DNA of 64,000 nt. Origin: Chrysomallon squamiferum (lineage: Eukaryota > Animalia > Mollusca). Shown piece after piece: positions 25,401 to 37,996 of this stretch (its first letter is position 1; every line of letters begins with the position of its first letter). The notes below the pieces were generated by a model. That model had not been told where the DNA came from. It saw nothing but the letters and a program-made list of their open reading frames with translations, and made no database searches. The translations under genes and the position numbers were made by a program. The stretch covers positions 12,214,001-12,278,000 of the forward strand of contig CM022675.1 of the NCBI GenBank assembly GCA_012295275.1, given 5' to 3'.

Positions 25401-28400
25401 TTGATAAATATTTTTCAGCACTGTGTCTTTGATATAGCTTTTAAGATCATTTAGAAATTATAATATTCCTGTAACAAAAATTTATGAGTATCTCATGTGT
25501 GTATGTTTTCCATTAATATAATAAATTTAAATATATTTTAAAGTATATTTCTGCATTGTTTATTCTCAACATTGTAAATATTTTTTTTAACATTGTGTAA
25601 TTATTGTACAGTAAATTTTAATGTAAAGAATTTCTGTTTGTATTTCAGATATAAAAATTGTCTTTTTGTGATCAATATAAAAGAAACATTCAATATTATA
25701 ATCAAAATTAATAAAGTAAATTTTTATTAGCCTAAGTTGAACATGTGATTGTTTACATCTCCATATCAATTAGTTCTTTTTTTTTTTATCTTGAGATTTT
25801 TTCAGGATAGCCATCAACTTGCTTTTGCAAGCCAAAGAACCATTCCACATAAAGAATATATTACATTTCTGAGTATGTTATTTAAACAGAATAGTATAAC
25901 GGCTTGCATTAAGTTCTTTTTATTTTTCCCTCAGTGTTAGAAGAGTCCCAGTTTTACTATTCGTCTTCTGAGGTTGAAATTAAAATTCAGTAGAATAGAA
26001 AATGGCCTAAATGGAGCTAGTATCCATATAGAGAAGATTGAATTTCTGTTTTAAATTTACAGAATATTAATAATGTATAATGTGCCTTAAAATAAGAACA
26101 TAAATTTTATGAGCCAATTTACAGCTTATTGTTTATTGTGGAGTTTTTACTGAAGTGAAGAATCTTTCAAATTGATCATGTTTGAAAATACTGAATAAAT
26201 TGTCTAATCAACAATTGGTGTTTTTTAAAAGATAATCAAAATAGAAAGTTTTTTTTCTTTTCATTACAAGACTGAATGGATATTATCCTATTTCTGACAA
26301 GAAATAAGTGTAATTTAAAAGTGTGATGTAAAATAAAATACAGTGAAAATCTCTGATCAGTCTTTGTTTTTATTTTGTTGCTGTGAGGTTGGATTTTCTT
26401 AATAGTCATCAAATGTTCTTCATTTTTTAGATTCCTTCTGCTAAAAGATAACAATAGCTTACTTGTAAGGAATAAATAAAAACATAAAAAATAGTAAATT
26501 AATAAAAATAACTATTTTAATCTAAATATTTTTTCTTTGCAATTATCACCAATATAGGCAATTATTATTATTTTTTAAATATTTGTTTTCAAAAAATAGA
26601 TTTTTTCCTGCTTATTTAAATCACAAAATTCAGATTTATTAAAATTAAACAACAAATAAAATTTCAGTAAAATATTTTTATTTGCTACAAGAGCATTTGA
26701 AAAATGGCTTTAAATCATTACAAATTTTAGAATTAATGAGCTGTTTTTAAATTACTATCACAGCCATGTTACTGACAGAAGAGAAATAAAAATAACAGAA
26801 ATTCTAAATCTGCTTCTAAAGAAAAATCTATTGAGATTTACTTTTACGCACTAGTATTTACGTTTGTAAATGCAACCTACAATATCAGCAGATGTGAATC
26901 TATTCAATTATATTAATCTGCTGTTTATTATTATTATTATTTAATTTTTATACTGTCAGTGTTAGTGTATGTAGCATACAAATACATTTTCAAAATATAA
27001 ACTTGGATAAATATGATATGTTATTTTCTCTGTTATATGACAAAAAACCTCACTGATATTTTTTTACTTAAAGTGAGAGAGTGATATGTTGAATAATGAA
27101 GAAACGGATACAAGCATTTTTTTTATCACGCAGTGGATTAAGTATGAATTGTGAATTTTTGTTTACAAATCTATACTTCTAAAAACATTCTATGATTAAA
27201 TAATACAATAAAACAATACAAAAATGGATATATTTTTTTTACAGTGCAGAGCCTATGTTTGAAAATTAAAGATAATCTGTCTGAAACTAAACAATCTGAC
27301 ATAATTTTCATCTCTTTCAGGCCGTTTGATCTTCTGGCAAGAAGAGGTCTCTTATTTTTTTTTAAATGATTTTTTGATTTTTATGTTCAAGAAGTAAGAG
27401 GAAAACAATGAACAAATATAAAATAATAATAATAATAATTAAAACAAAAAATACACTATCTATTTCAGTAACATTATTAATTTCAAATCACAATGCATAA
27501 AAATAAATAAAAAATAAGAGTTCACAATAAATTTATACTAAAAAAAAACTGCAGTCAACTTTTCACACACATGATTATTGTAAACCATCAAACAATACAA
27601 AAGAAACCAAGATAAATTTATGTATTCTACAGAATAAAAAAATATTATTTATAATCAGATTTAAAAGAGTTTTGTGGAATTATTTTCAATTTTAAAGTGA
27701 CAATTCACTCAAATGTATCATCATTCAATGCACGCAATACTTTAACAAACTATCCATTGCTTATTTCATGACTTATAATTATTTAATAATGATCCTTATG
27801 GTGATATATGGAAACATAAAATTCTAAGATGTATCCATTTGTTATGTAACTCAAATAAAAAGTATTAAATAATTTCATTATCATTATCATTATTACATTA
27901 TTGTACAATGGGTTCAAACTTCATTAACACATTTTGTATACTTTCAAGTTTTTGTTTTGGTACTGGAACAAATCTTTACAAATAATAAAGTATTATAACA
28001 GAATAACAGATGATGCATACAGGCTTACTTTTTACATTTTCTTGCAATGTTATTTCATACAGAGAACATAAAAGAAACTAACAGACTTAAGTAAAATATT
28101 GCAGTTACAAAATTCTCATACAATTGTCACAATAAAGGAGAAAATGTAAACCTCTGTGCATGCATATGAGCTTGTTATTTCAGTGTCATCCTTTATTATT
28201 AGTAAAGAATGGTTATCAAAATGAAATAAAACTGCAAAATGAAAGAATGTTCTAATGACATTTGTACAAACCATTAATGATGCATTTAAGTAACTTTGAT
28301 AATAATTAAATATTATTTTGTTCAAAAGGGCTCAAAAATGTAACTGAATGACAATATTTATAATTAACATATTTATTTCTTTTATCAGTTTATTTTTATT

Positions 28401-29503
28401 GCTTAATCATTACTCATTATTTAATTGCATAGTATGCCATTTATGTTAGATTACTGACAAACAATTATTTACAAGATTTTTCATTATTAAAAAGAAACTG
28501 TTTTAACAAAAGAAGTGTATTCATAAGTATAATTAAATCAACATATTATGAGAAGATAAAAATAATGTAATTTCATATACAAGAAATTATTAATGATTTT
28601 CTTTTTCTTTTTATCTTTTTTAAAAAAGTGGTAAAAATGACTTTCATAAAAACCAGAGAGTATGAATAAAAAATACAAAAAAGTTTCAAACTAGAAAATC
28701 ATCTCTTTAATTTCACAGAATAAAAACAATAACAAGAATTATTATTTACAATAAATAAATAAATAAATAAATAAATAAAATTAGTTAAACAAGATGAAAA
28801 TAGTAATTTAATCTCACATTACCATGAGAGGTAAATTATACGAGTAAGTATATTTTGCTAAAACTGTACAGTCTTGTCAGATTTATGGTCCCCAAACATT
28901 TCCTAGTATCATAGTTCATATAATTTATAATGTACCTTTAACTGTAAAACAAAGTAAATATATATTTTGTACACTTCCAAGATAAAGAAGGTTCAGTTAC
29001 TTCATTTTGAAAATACAGAAATAAAAAAATATATATTTTCTTAATTGGTTTTAATTTATTTAAATCAAAATTTAATATCAGTTTATAAATGAAACAATAA
29101 TTTGGAAGTATACAGAATGTATTTAGATAGAGTTAGTATCACATTTTAACAAATCTCTGAGAACAGAACATAATATTTCTGTCACAGACAGATACATGGA
29201 GTCAACAGTCAAAATAAAATAATAATAATAAAATAATAAAATAATAAAATAATAAAAAAATAAAAAATAAAATATAAATAATAAAATAGATAATAATAAA
29301 TAAAATAAATCATAAAAAAATGATCATTAATTGAATTATAAAAAAAGAAACAGAATACCAAAAATAAATAAATAAATAATTTTAAAAACAAGTATACATT
29401 AAAAGTATTATAAAATAACCACAAGAAAATGTCAGAACCAAGCACAGACAGGAAATGTGCGACAGGTTGGTAAGACAAGTTCCATACGCTACACTACACA
29501 TCA

Positions 29504-32500
29504 TCAGCTGTCAGTGTTAACTTCTGTACCCGAGTCCGAAGACTCGTCATCTGACTGGTTACTGTGTTTCTCATCTAGCAGCTTTTTTATCTTCTGTAGC
29601 CGCTTTAGTATCCCTTGATAATCAAACACACCTCGTCTCTCTCCAAACGGATCCTAAAAACAAGATGGGAGAGATAAAACATTTGTTCCTCTTCTTTAGA
29701 GGTCCATGTTTCATTTTAATAATGATTAAAGATAAAATATCTGTTACTCTACAATATATAACCACACATTTCATTTTAATGATGATACATTAAAGATGAC
29801 AGTGGTCTGGAAGATGGAAGTTGATTTGGGCGAGACACATCAGAAGATAACTGAGAGATATCACATACCACACGGAAAGGAAAGAGAAATACTACAAAGA
29901 TGAAACAGATTAGTAGCAGAAAATGAGTTATTTAGCAGAGGATGGTGCAAGATTTAAAAAGGTGGAATCACGTTTGTGGTTTTTGTCAAGGGGCACTACG
30001 GCTGCACAGTGATGATTATATATAAAACCTGTGTTACTTTACAGTGTATTTAATTTTAATGATGATTAATTCAATATAAGACAGTTAAAATTAAAGCATA
30101 ATTATGTTACTCTACAGCACACATCCATACATTTCATTATAATAATTAATGACTTAGCCTTGAAGTTTGCAATTACTGCATAAAAAAACAAGCTCACTTT
30201 TGCAGTACAGTCTCCCACTCTAATCTGCAAGAGATACGTTTGAGCATTTTCTTCTAGAGAAGAAACAACACATCACTGACAAACAAGTTGAGAAACAATG
30301 GACTGAACAAAGATAATGCACTTAGGAAAAGAGACTATGTATTCCAGGTAATTAAATATTCTTCTTACCTGCATAGATTGACCTTGCTTGTGAAGCCCTG
30401 CTTTGCACACTGATTCGTAATATTCATAGTATGTTGGAAATGACTTTTCCATTACTTCCCTGTTAGAAATAAAACAATACATTTAAAAAATATAAGTCAT
30501 ATAAAATAGGAAATGACTTTTCCATTAATTTTATCAGAAAAAAACCACCAAACAAATTAAAAATGAACATCATCAGATTTCACAGTCATATGTCATAGAA
30601 AACCATTTTCCTATTACTTGTGTTAGTAAAAATACACCATCTTATTTTGTGCCCTTTATAGACAAAACAACTACTCCATCACATTTTTGTTAGAAAAAAT
30701 AATAAAATAAATTAAACACAAACACCATCTCATTCTGTGACATAAAAATAATAATAATTTAAATATGAACATTATATTTTTTTCAGTGATTTGATTTGTT
30801 AAATACATATATTTTTTTTAATACAAATATTCTATGTTATAAAGTTTGATCATTCAAAAATTATGCTCTACTTTTCTTCCAACATATACAATGCAAAAGT
30901 TTTTATCTCTTCAACTATAATTAGCTATTAATCTAACGAAATACAACAATTTACTGAACTTGTTTCAAATTTGTTTATAACTATAAAACAACAATGAATT
31001 TTCCATGCATGATTCAAGCAGCAGAAATGTACACAATGTACAAGAATGATTTAAACACTATCTTTGTTCTGTGCTGTTCTGAAACAAAACAACCTCAGAC
31101 TAATGATGAACTGTTAAATGAAACTTGCTTGAGTTCATCAGGACATGAACACTTGCCCTCCAGCATGTCACAGGTTGCCACTCTGAGAGTCTCGTGACAG
31201 ATGATGTCATTGTATCTACCAGCATCTCCAGCGTTCCTCTCCTGCAACAACACTTTAAACTGTGTATCAACATCTCACTGTCGTAATTCAAAAACACTTT
31301 TTAATCTTTATACATTTTAACAATTATAATAATTCAAATGAAGAATTAAAAGAAAAAAAAAACAAGATTAAAAAACCAAAAGGAAAATAAAAAGAAAAAA
31401 AGAGAAGAAAGATCAAAAAAATAATAATAAAGAACATGTACTAGTTATCACTATAAAGATTACAAAAAAAAAAAAAAATGTATCTAAAAAGAAGCAATAT
31501 TATTAGGTCTGTGCATATTTTATATTATTTTGAATATATATATATATAGTGTAAAAAACGTATTAGGTGTACAAGTGAAAACATTTGTTTTGGTTTTGAG
31601 ACAGTTGTTAAAATATTATAATCAAATTACAACACTTTGTGATTAGTTACCCGTTCAAAGCCTGGTTCGTTGTGGTAGGGTTTTTCATTCATCAGGGACT
31701 GAATTGAAATAAGAACTGTCGACAAACTCTGAGCTGGACTCCATGCAGGACCCGACCACGTTCTTTACAAACAAAATTATTTTTATAACATTCTAAAATA
31801 ATATAATAGGAATTTTACACTTTAATGACTAAATACAACAAGCAGTCTTATGAAGTACTTGTGATTAATTTTTACTACAGGGATACGTTCTTCAGACAGT
31901 TATATACAATTTTCACAGCAACTGGCAACTTACAAAATAATTAATCCATTATATTCAGTGTTTACTTAATGGTATCTGAGACTTTATTTTTTTAAATTCT
32001 CTGTACAAAAAGCAATTACATCAAACATGGCAATTGAAAAGGTTCCAAAATGAAAATATTTTTGCTGAACTATTGAATGGTCTATTAACTTTTTATTTGG
32101 CCGTTTTTCAATTAGAGAAATCCTTGAACATATCATTGGTAATATCATTGTTAAAAAATATATTTTTATGAATAAATATTTAAACTGTTTATCATTATGG
32201 TGACACAGAAATTATGATTCATTTTCTTTTTGGAATCAATATATGTTTTACTAAAATTTATAGTAAATTTTTGTTTATTTTCAATAAAAATGTTTTGAAC
32301 TGATCATATTTATACTGCCATCCCAGCTGTTTATAATTACATGACAAAGAAATTAAGATTGAGTTTTTTGTTGGTTTTTGTTATGAGTTGACAGAGGTAC
32401 AAATTTCAGTAACTAACCCAATTATGCTAAGGCAAACTTTTCCATTTTTGTACAAGTTTGGGTTGAACCTGACCCGCCCTTCACCTGTCGTCATGAGTTT

Positions 32501-33827
32501 AACTCGAGGGGGGTGAATGGGGTAATCGGGTGGGCAGCGTATCAAGAAATAGAAAAATCCTCCTTCATATGGTGTATCAAATGGTCCTGTTATCAATGCA
32601 TGAATCTACAATGATTAAAAAGTTTGATAATTTAACAATCAATAAATATTATGTTTCATATTACAAACCTAGAAGAAGAATGAGACAAATAAATACATGT
32701 CTTTATATGTAAACATTTATCAATAAAAATAAGATTTCCATATAATATTATTACTGTAACATGAATAATGAATGCAAATAAAAAAAAAATAATAATAATA
32801 ATAAAATAAAAAAAAATTAAAAAAAATCTTCCATGTATAAGTTTCAAATTCAGGAATTAAAAATGAAATAATCCTGTATTTGAGAATTTCTTGTTTACAC
32901 ACTGAAATCATGCTAGACTACTGCAATTCTTAACTATTGTTTGGTACATAGATTATAAATTAAAATACATTTTCAATCCGACTTTTTCCGCTGCTGTTTC
33001 AAAAAATAAAATTTTGTTTGTTTTGTACATGACATGTATATTTCATCATATTTAGCTAAAGTTTACATTAAATGGTTCTTTCTTCTTTTTTTTAAATGTA
33101 TTTATGAATCCATAATGTTTTGAACTGATTATAAATATATTCATAATACTATCATCACAAATACTTAAAGAAATTCTTGACTAGACTAACCTTCGTTATA
33201 TCATCTTTGTCAGGAACTATACACATTCCTGGTGGAGGTTCATTGTAAATTGTCATGATATCTCTGTAAAATAAGCAATAAATTATTTTAAATTAGTTAA
33301 TGAAAACCATGAGCATTTTAAAGTTTACATATTTCAAAGGCCACCTGTGTCCTCTCTCTCACTGAGGTTTACCTGTACACAAAATCAAAAACTATATTCA
33401 TTGAAGAATTCTTATTTAATGTAATTTTGATTATAATTTTATATATCTTGCACAAATGATACAAACATTAATATTTCAAATATTTTTTAAGAGGATATAA
33501 TATTCTAAGTTATTCAAAAATTATATGGAAAGTAAGTTGGCATTCTTGGATTTAACGTTTATCAGCTGATAGTCTTAAGAAACTATCAAACTAAATTCAT
33601 ATAATTCGAGTCGAACCTGCAAAAATATTTTCAATAATTAAATTATAAATAAATGATTAGTGACATCACGGTTATCACCTTTTTATTCGCAAAATACATT
33701 GCTGTTTTGGTTTTTCATTATCCCAGTCCTTACACTGACAAGGATCCCATGGTACAACTGTCTGAGGTGGAAGCTCATCAGCGCCTAAAAGGTTTAGTTC
33801 ATCTTCTGTTCCATTTGCGGTTGCCAT
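29504..33827 (-). CDS. UBE2Z: Ubiquitin-conjugating enzyme E2 Z (USE1, UBA6-specific E2), 7 exons, 291 aa
   Basis: Exons 33827-33679, 33263-33191, 32605-32418, 31762-31651, 31241-31129, 30459-30369, 29653-29504 total 876 nt. Motifs: WDP..., [122 protein letters not shown], acidic Ser-rich tail, then TGA TGA. Intron 5 uses a GC donor. Confidence 0.96.
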
Positions 33828-34503
33828 ATTTGTTTAGGATATGTAATCACTTCCGGGTTTCCCGCAGAAAAGTATTAAATTGGTATTATATATATTTTTT
33901 GTGTGACTTAATGAAAGGACAGTTTAGTACATTAATTACTGAATCAGTAATATATTAAAGAAAAACAATATTCATCGGGCCACGTTTTTATTTTGATAAG
34001 AACAATAAACATATGATATTTTTATATAATTATAATAAATGAATGCTCTCGGTATTACTGTTATTAACATATGTTCCACAAATAATAATTCCCACTGAAA
34101 ATTAGCCCCTGAAAGAAAATTACTGATGCACTCTTTTGCACAGATTAGAAATTATGGAAGTGGTTAGGTTGCAAACGTTTGAAATACGTAGCTCGCACCT
34201 GTATATGCGTAAGTGGCTAAAAATAAATATTGCCTTTGGAAACGTTACACGTGACTAAATCTCACCAATCGGTATTGCTGCTATTGCGAGCCATCTTGCA
34301 ATCGACATTTGTGCGTTTTGTCTTGAACGTTTTGTTAGCGCAGAGAAATTGTTTTCGTGGAGAGGTTTCTTAAAGATTTCAAGGTATTAGTGTTGATATA
34401 TTTTGTTTTTAATTGGTTTTCCCTTATTATATAAAAAAAACTTACATTACTATTCATAAACAACAAGAAACTTAGAAGATTATTAAAAAAAAAAAAAAGA
34501 AAG
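33828..34503. promoter_or_regulatory. Divergent (bidirectional) promoter region between UBE2Z and CREBZF-like
   Basis: 676 bp between the two ATGs. ETS-type CACTTCCGG 33848, E2F-like TTTCCCGC 33858, E-box CACGTGAC 34248, CCAAT 34265, YY1-like GCCATCTT 34290; CpG retained. Confidence 0.75.
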
Positions 34504-35586
34504 ATGCAAAATTCAGATTCAGACATGGCTCTTTTATTTGAAAATGATTTCGAATCATTGTTAGCTTCAAATACTATTTTTGAAGCCACTGACAAACAAA
34601 ACTATGATGACGTTGTTGTTGACGATATTCCTTTTTGTAACTCTTTGCTGGAACCAGATAATTTTTTATTTTCTGACCTTACACAGGGCAAGAGAGAAAA
34701 GAAGTCACCATTCCACAAAACGGATATCAAAATGTCGGATAATTCACGCAGTTCTCAGAATTCTGACGGAACGATGGAGAATCCGGAATCGTTTAACGAA
34801 GGAACAATTCTGCTTGGAGCGGATCAGGACCTGCTAGATTATTTTGGAGGCACTTCAAGTGATGAGGATATTACAACCAAAACGAATATGAGAAGTCGCA
34901 ATAAAGAAAATATTAATAACAAAAAGAATGTGTTAAATACAAAAGTAGCAGATAAAGCAAAAATTATACCTGTCAGAAATGTTGCTCCTATTTCTAGAGC
35001 CAGAGATCAACAGCCTGTAGCAAATAATCTGATTAGTAACACTAACAGTCCACACCTGAAACCATTTCAGTCCGTCAAGGTTGTTAAAGTTATTCACACC
35101 TCAACAGTTGCTTCTGATGGTACTAATGATGAAGAAGAGATAGTTAAAGTTTTAGAAGAAAAAAGCAGAAAAAATGCCCAGCAAGCAAAACTTAACCGTG
35201 AAAGGAAAAAGGCTTATATGCAACAACTTGAAAAAGATGTGGAAAACCTGCAGAAGGAAAATGGTGAATTAAAAACAGAAAATAAAATGTTAACCTGTCG
35301 TACAACAGCATTGGAAGAGGAGGTTCATTATCTTAAAAGTGTGCTAGCTAATGAAAGCTCATTATCTAAACTGTTGAACAATATTGAGAACATAAAAGAT
35401 GTAAGACTGAGCAGCTCTTTTCAGTCAAGAAAGCGCAGTGCAGCTCTAGATCACTGTTATGAGTCACCTTCAAAATGGTCAAAACCATCTACTGCTGGTA
35501 TCTGTCTTCATGTTGACAAGGATGATGTTTCACTGGAGTTCTGCTCCTACTGTTCCAAGATGTCAAAATCCAAAGACAATGACTGA
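34504..35586 (+). CDS. CREBZF: CREB/ATF bZIP transcription factor, CREBZF/Zhangfei-like, intronless CDS, 360 aa
   Basis: Single long ORF. Basic region KSRKNAQQAKLNRERKKAYM and leucine zipper (LEKDVENLQKENGELKTEN...LEEEVHYLKSVLANES). HCF-binding-type motif DHCY and CREBZF-type C-terminal GICLHVDKDDVSLEFCSYC; acidic N-terminus. Confidence 0.9.
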   Translation: MQNSDSDMALLFENDFESLLASNTIFEATDKQNYDDVVVDDIPFCNSLLEPDNFLFSDLTQGKREKKSPFHKTDIKMSDNSRSSQNSDGTMENPESFNEGTILLGADQDLLDYFGGTSSDEDITTKTNMRSRNKENINNKKNVLNTKVADKAKIIPVRNVAPISRARDQQPVANNLISNTNSPHLKPFQSVKVVKVIHTSTVASDGTNDEEEIVKVLEEKSRKNAQQAKLNRERKKAYMQQLEKDVENLQKENGELKTENKMLTCRTTALEEEVHYLKSVLANESSLSKLLNNIENIKDVRLSSSFQSRKRSAALDHCYESPSKWSKPSTAGICLHVDKDDVSLEFCSYCSKMSKSKDND

Positions 35587-36199
35587 ATCATTTCTGTCTT
35601 CGAACAAGTGTCACTTATTTTTTAAGTTAGAAATCAACTACAGGAATTCCATTCCTTTTCTGAGACAGCCAGGTTTTGCAGACTGGTGAACAAAAACAGC
35701 CTAGATGTCAGATCAGAAAACAATACTGCTGAAATGTTCCATTTCATCACAAACTGGACTTAATTATTGGATTGGATCATTGGTTGTTGTGGTACAGTTA
35801 GGTGTTGGTAAAATGTCTGTAACATTTTTGAAATTGAGAGAATACAGTTTGTAAAACATGTTTTTATGCAGCAATTAACATTTTTGATATGAAATATTTT
35901 GAAATAGTGCTGAATTTCTGCTTTGGTATTAATGGTTTAACAGGCATGTAAACAATTTGTGTTGATCATATTTTGAGAACTACATAAAAAAAAAAAAACA
36001 GAAAACCAAAAATGGTCTTCACAATTGTCATTAGAATCTTAATATTTATTGTAGATTTAATATTTTTCATACACATCTAAAGTAACTGAAAAAAAAAAAA
36101 AAAAAATAATGAAGTAGTATAAGCCATGTTTATACATTAATGCCATTGCAACAATGTTTGTAACAATCATAACTAAGCCATTAACAGTTCTTTTTTTAG

Positions 36200-36274
36200 A
36201 TTCAGCTGATCATGATGAGGAGAAACAATGAAGATGTGCTAGACTTGAGGATTCCAGACTTTAAGCTTTATTCG
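36200..36274 (+). other. Candidate spliced exon downstream of CREBZF stop
   Basis: TTCTTTTTTTAG| acceptor and TCG|GTAAGG donor bracket a 75-nt purine-rich segment. Confidence 0.5.
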
Positions 36275-37856
36275 GTAAGGTCCCTTCCACAATACTGAGC
36301 AGATGGACCGTGTGGAGTGGGTGTAGAAAATTACTGGCAACAAAAGCATGAGAAATATTCTTGCTGTGCCATATCTAACCCATTCTGCATTATTATTGCA
36401 AGCCAGACAATATATATTTTTTTAAATTTAACATCTCATAAGGAAAACAAATAATATCTCCATAATAGATAACAATCAAAATTATTTACACCTGATTTTA
36501 GAAAATGACTTTCACGGTGAAATACTTATTTTATAAAAAAAAAATATTTTTGAATATCTGGCTTGCATTAGGACCTGAGCTCTATAGCACCCAATGTGGA
36601 ATTTAGGAGGCCTGTACTGTAACATTCTTTTATATTTTGTTTATTGTTTAAAAACATTTTGCATAATTTATTCAAGCACATTTAATTTAAAGTTTTGCTT
36701 TGTCTGCTGCATATTTGTTACAGTAATGTATAAAATCAGTTTTATTTGTATCTGAAGAATATTTTGCTTGCATTTTTATTTTAATTATGAATATTCATTT
36801 GCTTTTCAAACAGCACATTTTCTGAATAAGATCAGATTTCTCTATTAAGTATGTAAAGGCTATAGATAATATGTATTTTCAAGGGTTTGACATTCTGTTG
36901 ATACTGTACATACATTCTGTATGTGTGTGTGTGTGCATATTGTTTTGTTCATTTGAATTAGATGAAATGCATTTTGCTGTACATAACAAATTATTCACAG
37001 ATACCTTTGTTATATACAGTTAATGTTCGAGGCTGTGAGGAGAAGTGGCGATTTTGTGGAAACATGAAAGCATTGAAAAACATAAACCTGCATATCTAGT
37101 GCAGTGTTTTTTAGGTAAATCAGGTAAAAGGGTACAGGTAAAGTGGCTAAAAACATGCACAAGAAAAGCCAAAACACAAAACAAGTTTTATGCTGTATTG
37201 TATCTGATATTTTAACAAATGTGGTAATCAATGCAGTATTTTAGAAAATATTTTCATTTACAAAATGATTTTTGTAATGTATATTGTCATTTTCAGAAGT
37301 AAATTAGTTTTTGAAAATGTGAGAAAATGAGATTGTCATTTACACTGCATATAAAATTTATTTTAAATGTTTCATAAATATGTAATATTTTTTTTAGTAT
37401 CTTTTCACATTTACTTTGGATGTGACAGCACAGCAAGTGGACCTAACTGAGTTTTCTTTTGCAGCTCCATTGTTTTCATTTCACAAGTTTTTGTTTAAAT
37501 ATAAATTTTGCTTAATAAAATATTCTGTTGAATTTATATATGCTGGTTTAATTTTTCTTTTTGTAACAAATTTAATGTATATATTCCAAATGTTATTTAT
37601 CTCTTCAAGTGAAAGGCTTTGGTTTCATTTCGATGATCAGTATTTAAATAAAATATTAAACACAGGAGCCGTTTCAGTGAGATGAAATGAGTACAGATGG
37701 TTTAAACAAATGGCCTTAATACAGTTACTTGCATGTGGCTTGTTAATAATAAAGTATGACATCACACGCTTGTGAGGAAGCTTGGTAAATGTATTTTCCC
37801 TGCTTTTACTTTCTGTGAGTTCCTGATTCAACATTTGTGCCAGTTAATTGCTAGAT

Positions 37857-37996
37857 CAGTCATGGGCAAACTGTGGCCTGCGACTCTCTGAGTGGCCCAC
37901 CTGATTTCACAAGGAATAAAATCTACAGTTAAATTAGTACCTGAGGATGAGCCATGTCTCATGTGGCCCGCTATCCATAAAGGTTGCCTATGCTTG
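37857..37996. mobile_element. hAT (Charlie/Buster-type) MITE, 140 bp
   Basis: TIRs CAGTCATGGGCAAACT / AGGTTGCCTATGCTTG, internal TGTGGCC(C/T)GC motifs, and an 8-bp TSD with central TA: TGCTAGAT / TGATAGAT (7/8). Confidence 0.8.

Noticed and set aside
36281-36376. H/ACA snoRNA (hairpin-AGAAAA-hairpin)
   Set aside because: Hairpins are too short, the first lacks an upper stem and pocket, and there is no ACA box at the expected position.
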